DNA of 63,839 nucleotides, counting the filler. It is 3 parts of 3 records of this genome, joined end to end, with 100 filler letters (N's around TTAATTAATTAA, not from the genome) between each part and the next. Parts side by side here need not be neighbours in the genome. Positions count along the whole stretch, not along the records: positions 30,222 to 58,598 come from SRR31156797_9847; positions 58,699 to 63,839 come from SRR31156797_9946; 1 more part is not named here. One strand, 5' to 3'. The position numbers were made by a program, and so were the translations under genes. Positions 54,861-63,839 of this stretch are shown one piece after another (position 1 is the first letter of the stretch; each line of letters begins with the position of its first letter). The notes beneath the pieces were generated by a model that was not told where the DNA came from, ran no database searches, and worked only from the letters and a program-made list of their open reading frames with translations.

Positions 54861-54950
54861 ATGGGATACGTAATATTAATAGCCATTTTAATTGCAGTGT
54901 GGGATTATTCAAGAAAACGCAAAAACTCACTACCTGAAATTGATGAATAA
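54861..54950 (+). CDS. Putative 29-aa single-TM small protein (not in the ORF track)
   Basis: MGYVILIAILIAVWDYSRKRKNSLPEIDE*; hydrophobic stretch followed by a basic RKRK; upstream TAnnTTTG and an AT-rich leader. Confidence 0.55.
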   Translation: MGYVILIAILIAVWDYSRKRKNSLPEIDE

Positions 54951-54961
54951 TACAAAATTCA

Positions 54962-55651
54962 TTATTCAATTGTGTGATGCAGTATATAACCGCTACCGTG
55001 CACGTTTTCTATATATAGCGAGGAATCATCTTTTAGGTATTTACGGAGCTTTGTAATATATACATCCATACTGCGTGTAGTGAAGTAGGAGCTTTCGCCC
55101 CAAATTTCACGCAATGCCAAGTCACGATTAACAACCTGGTTAATGTTTTGGGCAAATAAATTCATCAAGGCACCTTCTTTAGGACTAAGCTTTTGTTCTT
55201 CACCATCAAGAATTAATAATCTTCTGGAAACATGGTACTTATATTTGCCAACTTTAAGTTCTTGTTCATCTTCTTGTGAGATACTTTTTCTTCGTAAAAT
55301 GGCTTTTATTTTATAAAGTAATACTTCTGAGTCAAATGGTTTCGTAATGTAATCGTCAGCACCAATTTTAAAACCTTCAAGTATATCGTCTTTCAGTGAT
55401 TTGGCCGTTAGAAAGATAAACGGAATATGTTGGTTAATTTTACGGATATTTTTAGCAATAGTAAAACCATCGGTATGCGGGAGCATCACATCCAGAATAC
55501 AAATATCAAATGGCTGATTTTTAAATGCATCAATAGCGTCTCTACCGTTATTAACCCATGTTACAGCATATTTATTCATTTCAAGATATGATTTCAATAC
55601 AGTACCGAAATTAATATCGTCTTCTACTAAAAATACTTTATATACTTTCAT
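54962..55651 (-). CDS. OmpR/PhoB-family response regulator (RprY-like)
   Basis: LVEDD, LDVMLP..DG and GADDYITKPF; wHTH RSMDVYITKLRK...HGSGY. Confidence 0.95.
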   Translation of the reverse strand: MKVYKVFLVEDDINFGTVLKSYLEMNKYAVTWVNNGRDAIDAFKNQPFDICILDVMLPHTDGFTIAKNIRKINQHIPFIFLTAKSLKDDILEGFKIGADDYITKPFDSEVLLYKIKAILRRKSISQEDEQELKVGKYKYHVSRRLLILDGEEQKLSPKEGALMNLFAQNINQVVNRDLALREIWGESSYFTTRSMDVYITKLRKYLKDDSSLYIENVHGSGYILHHTIE

Positions 55652-55669
55652 TTTGCTTAGTTTTGATGG

Positions 55670-57154
55670 TTATAAGGGTAATTTAACTTTAAAGGTTGAT
55701 CCTTTGTTTATTTCACTTTTCACAGAAATTTCACCGTTTAATTTATCCACAACAGCCTTGGTATAGCTAAGACCCAGACCAAAACCTTTGACGTCATGTA
55801 CATTTCCAGTTGTGGCTCTATAGAACTTATCAAATACGTGTTTTACGGTATCTTTATTCATACCTATTCCGTTATCTGTTACCTCAATAATAGCATAGTT
55901 TTCTTTATGCATAACATTTACGAGAATTTTAGGATTCTTTTTAGTATACTTTATAGCATTGTCCAATAAGTTATATATCACGTTTGCAAAATGATCCCGA
56001 TCTAGCTCAACATATAACTTTTCATCTGTTCCTTTAAATTCAAGCGATCCATTGGCTTCTTGTATCCTAAAAAGCTGATTATCGCACACATCCTGAGTAA
56101 ATGAATTCAACTCAATACGTTCGGGGTTTAATGAAAACTCATTTTTATCAACGCGCGCCATCTGTAATATTTGTTCCACATGCTTATGCATTCGCTGGCT
56201 TTCTTGTTTGATTATTTTAGTAAATCCCTGTGCAGATTCATTTATACTTTTTGACATGGCATCTGTAGCCAAGGAAATTGTAGCAATTGGGGTTTTTAAC
56301 TCATGCGTCATATTATTAATAAAATCATTTTTAATCTCTGATACCTTTTTTTGCTGAAGAATAGTACGCACAGTTAGGTAATAGGCAAATAAGATAATTA
56401 GTGTAAATACTAATGAAAGGATTAATAATAATTGTATAGAATGAATTAGCCATTGATTTTTTTCAGGAAATTGCAATACCAGCTTGGGGCTTTTACCTAC
56501 CAAATCGTTTGGAAAAAGGTCTGCAATATAATCCGTCTCAAGCTTGTCCATATTAAAAGCTTGAGATAAAAGTGCTGCTTTATTCTGATTATCAGGAACA
56601 ACAGCATACTCCATAGGTGTTTCTATGCTAAAGTTCTGTTTTTCAGAATGTAAAATAGGTTCTAATTGACTTAAATAAAGCCTTTTTTCTAATGGTAGTT
56701 GTTTGACTTCCGCTTCATAAGTAATCCATTGCTGCATATTTTGCATTTGGGAACCAGGAGCAGGAGTAGTTTGATCTATTTGTTTTTGCAAAGAATCAAA
56801 TTCATTTAAAAACTGAGTTAATTGATCACCCATAGGGCTTGTTTTGGCAAGCTCTCTAAATTGTTCCATTGATTGCTTTCGCATAAGATCAAATAGTGAA
56901 TCCATAGGAGAGTTAGAGCCATTTGGCACTGATCTGTATTGTTGTGTAATTCTAGGCCGGAGTGTGTACATCATGGCCATTTCATTTCGAGCAGTCTTTT
57001 GTACTACACGATTTAACATAGCAAAAACACGTGCATTAAATTGCTTCTCATTTTCACTGATTGTATTTGTAATCCATAGGATTTGAACAGTAATAATTCC
57101 AATCAGAGCAAAACTTAATAGACCAATTATATATTTTATCTGTCGTTTTTTCAC
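55670..57154 (-). CDS. Membrane sensor histidine kinase (RprX-like)
   Basis: Two TM helices; FINNMTHELKTPI, NLLDNAIKY, DNGIGM and GFGLGL. GTG start. Confidence 0.94.
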   Translation of the reverse strand: MKKRQIKYIIGLLSFALIGIITVQILWITNTISENEKQFNARVFAMLNRVVQKTARNEMAMMYTLRPRITQQYRSVPNGSNSPMDSLFDLMRKQSMEQFRELAKTSPMGDQLTQFLNEFDSLQKQIDQTTPAPGSQMQNMQQWITYEAEVKQLPLEKRLYLSQLEPILHSEKQNFSIETPMEYAVVPDNQNKAALLSQAFNMDKLETDYIADLFPNDLVGKSPKLVLQFPEKNQWLIHSIQLLLILSLVFTLIILFAYYLTVRTILQQKKVSEIKNDFINNMTHELKTPIATISLATDAMSKSINESAQGFTKIIKQESQRMHKHVEQILQMARVDKNEFSLNPERIELNSFTQDVCDNQLFRIQEANGSLEFKGTDEKLYVELDRDHFANVIYNLLDNAIKYTKKNPKILVNVMHKENYAIIEVTDNGIGMNKDTVKHVFDKFYRATTGNVHDVKGFGLGLSYTKAVVDKLNGEISVKSEINKGSTFKVKLPL

Positions 57155-57202
57155 ATTTAAAATTTCAACAAATCTAACACCTATTTTGAACTAAAAACAG
57201 TA

Positions 57203-57242
57203 CTTTAACCTTTCTTTAACCCTTTTTAACCGATACTTAACC
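57203..57242. promoter_or_regulatory. Four phased TTAACC direct repeats (probable OmpR-family operator)
   Basis: TTAACC at 57205, 57216, 57226 and 57237 (11/10/11 spacing), upstream of -7 element TAGATTTG at 57264-57271. Confidence 0.75.
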
Positions 57243-57301
57243 TATTGTAAATCAGTTTTTAAATAGATTTGTACTGACCTTTAAACCCAAAACCCAAAAT
57301 A

Positions 57302-58006
57302 ATGAAATGGCCTGTACTATCAATATCAATTTTATTGCTTTTAATCATAAGCCAGTTTGCATTGGCACAAAGCAAAAGCAAAACTATCATTATTAAACAA
57401 TATCAGCAAGATAATGGTGAATGGAAAACAGATACCATTGGAAAAATTGATTTAAGTAAAATGATGAACTTAAATTTTGAAATTGATCGTCATATTGACC
57501 AAAGTCTAGCGCGAATTGATAGTTTAATTCCTGACATTAGTCTTATGGAAAGTATGCTTGGTGCATTCAATAAGCACATGATGACACTCGATACATCCTT
57601 AAATAATATGTCGAAACGCATTGCTTCAAACATGCCAAACTTAACAGAAATGCAAGTTAAATTTGACAGCATTATTAACTCAAAACTTGCCAACACTCAA
57701 ATTAAAATCGTTACTGGTAATAATTTGAAAAAGGTAATGATGATTAATGGGAATAAAATTGAGATCAAGCAAAATACCGAAGAAGAAAACATAATAATTA
57801 CATATTTTACAGATCAAGATGGAGAGTTTTTATTAAAGCTTTTAAACCAAGAAGAAGAAATTTTATACGAAAAAAAGGAGGAAATAAGAGCGGGTAAATA
57901 TGAGCATAAATTCTCCACTAAAGACTTCAAATCAGGACATTATCTCATTCAAATACAACATAATCACTTATTTTTATTAGAACAATTGCAGATAATGCAC
58001 AATTAG
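57302..58006 (+). CDS. Secreted Met-rich protein with C-terminal T9SS-CTD-like beta-sandwich
   Basis: Signal peptide; Met-rich helical centre; C-terminal 'LKLLN...ILY......FS..DFKSG.YLIQI'. Confidence 0.7.
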   Translation: MKWPVLSISILLLLIISQFALAQSKSKTIIIKQYQQDNGEWKTDTIGKIDLSKMMNLNFEIDRHIDQSLARIDSLIPDISLMESMLGAFNKHMMTLDTSLNNMSKRIASNMPNLTEMQVKFDSIINSKLANTQIKIVTGNNLKKVMMINGNKIEIKQNTEEENIIITYFTDQDGEFLLKLLNQEEEILYEKKEEIRAGKYEHKFSTKDFKSGHYLIQIQHNHLFLLEQLQIMHN

Positions 58007-58023
58007 TTAAATGTTTGGTTAAG

Positions 58024-58053
58024 AAGGTCCGGGAAACCGGGCCTTTTTTTTTC
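58024..58053 (+). terminator. Intrinsic terminator
   Basis: AAGGTCCGG-GAAA-CCGGGCCTT followed by a long T-tract. Confidence 0.88.
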
Positions 58054-58087
58054 TTTTTAAATCAAGTAATTAACTATCCAAAAAGTT

Positions 58088-58116
58088 TTTGAATAAGAAA
58101 AAATATACTATTTTTG
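58088..58116 (+). promoter_or_regulatory. Bacteroidota -33/-7 promoter of rpsF
   Basis: TTTG at 58088 and TATTTTTG at 58109-58116. Confidence 0.6.
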
Positions 58117-58160
58117 CACCCCGTTAAACAAACGTAATTATTAATTTAAATTCATTTAAA

Positions 58161-58517
58161 ATGAAGAATCAGTACGAAACCGTTTTCATTGCAAATCCCG
58201 TTTTGTCTGGAGCACAGATGAAGGAAGCGGTTGGTAAGTATCGTGATTTAATCACTGCCAAGGGTGGTGATATCGTGCACGAGGAAGACTGGGGACTTCG
58301 TAAGCTTGCCTACCCAATTCAAAAAAAATCAACTGGATTTTACCACTTGATTGAGTTTAAAGCCGAAGGTGATTTTATCGACAAATTAGAAATTGAATTT
58401 CGTCGTGATGAGCGTATCATGCGCTTTTTAACAGTAAGTCTTGATAAATATGCTGTTATCTACAACGAAAAGAAGAGAGCTAAAAATCAACAAGCTAACG
58501 AAAAAAAGGAGGAATAG
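58161..58517 (+). CDS. rpsF: 30S ribosomal protein S6
   Basis: [18 protein letters not shown]...GFY and RFL.V. Confidence 0.97.
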   Translation: MKNQYETVFIANPVLSGAQMKEAVGKYRDLITAKGGDIVHEEDWGLRKLAYPIQKKSTGFYHLIEFKAEGDFIDKLEIEFRRDERIMRFLTVSLDKYAVIYNEKKRAKNQQANEKKEE

Positions 58518-58520
58518 ATC

Positions 58521-58598
58521 ATGGCACAAAAAGATGATATTAGATATTTGACTCCACCTTCAGTGGAAATTAAAAAGAAAAAATATTGCCGTTTTAAG
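58521..58598 (+). CDS. rpsR: 30S ribosomal protein S18, N-terminal fragment (truncated at linker)
   Basis: MAQKDDIRYLTPPSVEIKKKKYCRFK, the Bacteroidota S18 N-terminus, directly after rpsF. Confidence 0.9.
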
Positions 58599-58698
58599 NN
58601 NNNNNNNNNNNNNNNNNNNNNNNNNNNNNNNNNNNNNNNNNNTTAATTAATTAANNNNNNNNNNNNNNNNNNNNNNNNNNNNNNNNNNNNNNNNNNNN
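58599..58698. other. Artificial contig-joining linker
   Basis: Same N44-TTAATTAATTAA-N44 structure as 30122-30221. Confidence 0.98.
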
Positions 58699-59803
58699 AA
58701 ACTTCTTTTATTTCTTCGCGCTTATCCGCGTGCATCTTCAGCAGGCGACCGATTTTTTCCTTGGTTCCCTTGGATGAATTGTAAACCTGGCTTCCGGATT
58801 TCAAGTATCCGGAATACACCCGAAGGAAAGTGAGGTGACCTACGTAGGGATCGGTCATCAGCTTGAAAGCTAGAGCGGAAAAGACTTCATCATCCGCGGT
58901 CCGTCTTTCTTCAGTTTCACCATTTTCAGTCAGACCTAAAACGGGAGGAACATCGAGGGGGGAAGGAAGATAATCGACAACAGCATCGAGCAGAGGTTGG
59001 ACGCCCTTGTTTTTAAAGGCGCTGCCCATCAGAAGCGGAACACATTTAAGTCCGTTGGCGGCCCGGCGTATGCCGGCCTTGATGTCCGCTGGACTTAGTT
59101 CCTCTTCTGCCAAATACTTTTCCATTATCTCGTCATCCGCTTCCGCCAGACTTTCCAACATTTCCTGCCTGGCCTCGTTAACCTCTTCCTCCATTTCCGG
59201 AGGAATGTCCTCTATACTGAAATCTTTGCCTTTATCCTGTTCGTCGTATACGATGGCTTTTCTTTCGACCAGATCGATTATCCCGGCAAGTTTTTCTTCC
59301 TGCCCAAGTGGAATTTGAAGCAGGAGCGGGGCGGCGTTAAGCCTTTCAATCATCTGCTTCATGCATCGTCTGTAATCCGAGCCTATTCGGTCGAGTTTAT
59401 TTATGAAAGCGAGCCGCGGGACCTTGTATCTGTCAGCCTGTCGCCAGACTGTTTCCGATTGCGGCTCCACGCCTCCGACCGCGCAAAAGACAGCCACCAC
59501 TCCGTCGAGCACTCTCAGGCTTCGCTCGACTTCTATTGTAAAATCGACATGACCGGGCGTATCGATTATGTTTATGCGGTGCTTTCTCCAGAAGCAGGTT
59601 GTGGCGGCCGAGGTTATTGTAATTCCCCGTTCCTGTTCCTGCTCCATCCAGTCCATAACCGCTTCGCCGTTATGAACCTCACCCATTTTAGTCGATACGC
59701 CGGTGTAGTATAAAATTCTCTCAGTCGTCGTCGTCTTCCCGGCGTCGATGTGGGCAATAATGCCTATATTTCTTATCCGCTCAAGCGGTACAACTCTGGC
59801 CAA
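58699..59803 (-). CDS. fusA: Elongation factor G, 3'-truncated
   Basis: [22 protein letters not shown] and NKLD; TTG start; follows rpsG. Confidence 0.97.
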
Positions 59804-59836
59804 GGAAGACGCTCCTTCTAAAATAAATGCTGCTTT

Positions 59837-60307
59837 TTACCAGCGATAATGGGCAAACGCCTTGTTGGCCTCGGCCATGCGGTGGGTGTCTTCCCTCTTT
59901 TTAACCGCTGCTCCGCGACCATTTGCGGCATCCATCAGTTCTCCGGCAAGCTTCGCATCCATTCCTTTTTCGCTTCTGCTGCGCGCATACGAAATAACCC
60001 AACGTATACTCAGCGCTGAACGCCTTTCCGGACGAATTTCCACAGGCACCTGGTATGTCGATCCACCCACGCGACGGCTCTTGACCTCTACCATGGGCTT
60101 TACGCTTTCAAGCGCCTTTTCAAAAATTTTAAGCGGGTCTTCATTCGTTTTCTTGGCGATGATATTCAAAGCCTTATACATGACCTGCTCGGCTGTACTC
60201 TTCTTACCCTGCGTCATAAGACTGTTGACAAATTTGGCCAACAACCTGCTTCCGTATTTAGGGTCGGGAATTATCTCCCTTTTAGGAACCTCTCTGCGCC
60301 TCGGCAT
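59837..60307 (-). CDS. rpsG: 30S ribosomal protein S7
   Basis: [12 protein letters not shown] and [12 protein letters not shown]. Confidence 0.99.
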   Translation of the reverse strand: MPRRREVPKREIIPDPKYGSRLLAKFVNSLMTQGKKSTAEQVMYKALNIIAKKTNEDPLKIFEKALESVKPMVEVKSRRVGGSTYQVPVEIRPERRSALSIRWVISYARSRSEKGMDAKLAGELMDAANGRGAAVKKREDTHRMAEANKAFAHYRW

Positions 60308-60331
60308 TTCTTCTCCTAGATCCTTCCGGCT

Positions 60332-60703
60332 TTACTTAGGCCTTTTAGCCCCGTATTTGCTCCGTGCATTTCGCCGGTCCTGAACACCAATGGCATCAAG
60401 GGTTCCCCTGATCACATGGTAACGGACGCCCGGCAAATCCTTCACACGACCACCGCGTATAAGCACCACCGAGTGCTCCTGGAGGTTGTGCCCCTCGCCG
60501 GGGATATAACTGGTTACCTCGATTCCGTTGGTCAAACGGACGCGAGCAACCTTGCGCAGAGCCGAATTCGGTTTTTTCGGCGTTGATGTGTAAACCCTTA
60601 TACAGACCCCTCTTTTCTGAGGGCAGGCTTTCAGAGCCGGTACCACGTTCTTTTTTCTCTGCGCTTTGCGCCCTTTGCGGACCAGCTGATTGATCGTGGG
60701 CAT
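60332..60703 (-). CDS. rpsL: 30S ribosomal protein S12
   Basis: [19 protein letters not shown] and [10 protein letters not shown]; the true start is at 60703. Confidence 0.99.
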   Translation of the reverse strand: MPTINQLVRKGRKAQRKKNVVPALKACPQKRGVCIRVYTSTPKKPNSALRKVARVRLTNGIEVTSYIPGEGHNLQEHSVVLIRGGRVKDLPGVRYHVIRGTLDAIGVQDRRNARSKYGAKRPK

Positions 60704-60744
60704 AAAGAATTTGTCCTTTCCCAGCCGTTTTTTTATCACAACAA

Positions 60745-60807
60745 GGCCCCTATTTGGGCCAGAAGACCTCCGCTTTTCAGAAGAGGTTCTCGGCCCGAAT
60801 AAGGGCC
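60745..60807 (-). promoter_or_regulatory. Long imperfect hairpin in the rpsL leader
   Basis: GGCCC-TATTTGGGCC...ACCTC pairs with GAGGT...GGCCCGAATA-GGGCC. Confidence 0.55.
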
Positions 60808-60912
60808 GTACATGAAAGCAATTTAACTGCGGTAATCACCGTCGCTAAAACGACATTATGATCATATACGGCCGCTCTTTGTCAAGCTATTTTTTTCAAA
60901 AAATTAATTTTC

Positions 60913-60933
60913 CCGGCGCCTAATCGGCGCCGG
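60913..60933 (-). terminator. Probable terminator hairpin after rpoC
   Basis: CCGGCGCC-taatc-GGCGCCGG; the minus-strand T-tract is somewhat offset from the stem. Confidence 0.55.
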
Positions 60934-60951
60934 TTTATTTCATAGGGCCCG

Positions 60952-63839
<2,888 letters not shown>

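Overview
The window is not one genome segment. It is three unrelated contigs joined by artificial 100-nt N-TTAATTAATTAA-N linkers (30122-30221, 58599-58698). Contig A (1-30121; Bacteroidota, probably Bacteroidales, by TAnnTTTG promoters and T9SS-type C-termini) carries a GH18 chitinase, the atpDCBEFHAG F1Fo operon, a FIST/NosP-kinase-receiver cluster, a VOC protein and a GAF protein whose C-terminal half shows class III nucleotidyl-cyclase-like motifs. It ends with a surface-protein locus: a TPR-AraC regulator, a lipoprotein, three paralogous secreted beta-helix proteins and a truncated >2200-aa multidomain protein with at least 10 'EYFxDxDPG' repeats. Contig B (30222-58598; visibly more AT-rich Bacteroidales) carries a partial alkaline phosphatase, a PPDK-like signalling dikinase divergent from gdhA, YfiR, DUF190-crcB, a four-subunit 2-oxoacid:ferredoxin oxidoreductase with an aminotransferase, PhoH2, FolC, Lnb-like, SLC13, LysM, SiaC, ALDH, an OmpR-type two-component system and rpsF-rpsR'. 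Contig C (58699-63839; GC-richer, probably Desulfobacterota/deltaproteobacterial) carries rpoC'-rpsL-rpsG-fusA'. Best candidates for undescribed biology: (1) a possible split-Ig docking system in which the conserved C-terminal tails of the beta-helix proteins complete the truncated Ig repeats of the giant scaffold; (2) a cryptic GAF-cyclase; (3) a sigma54-driven small RNA; (4) helically phased TTAA arrays with a 29-aa membrane peptide next to the two-component system; (5) the dikinase-GDH pair; (6) a ~130-aa insertion in RpoC SI3. All functional hypotheses are inferences from motifs read by eye. No database search was run. No tRNA, rRNA, CRISPR array or transposase was recognised.
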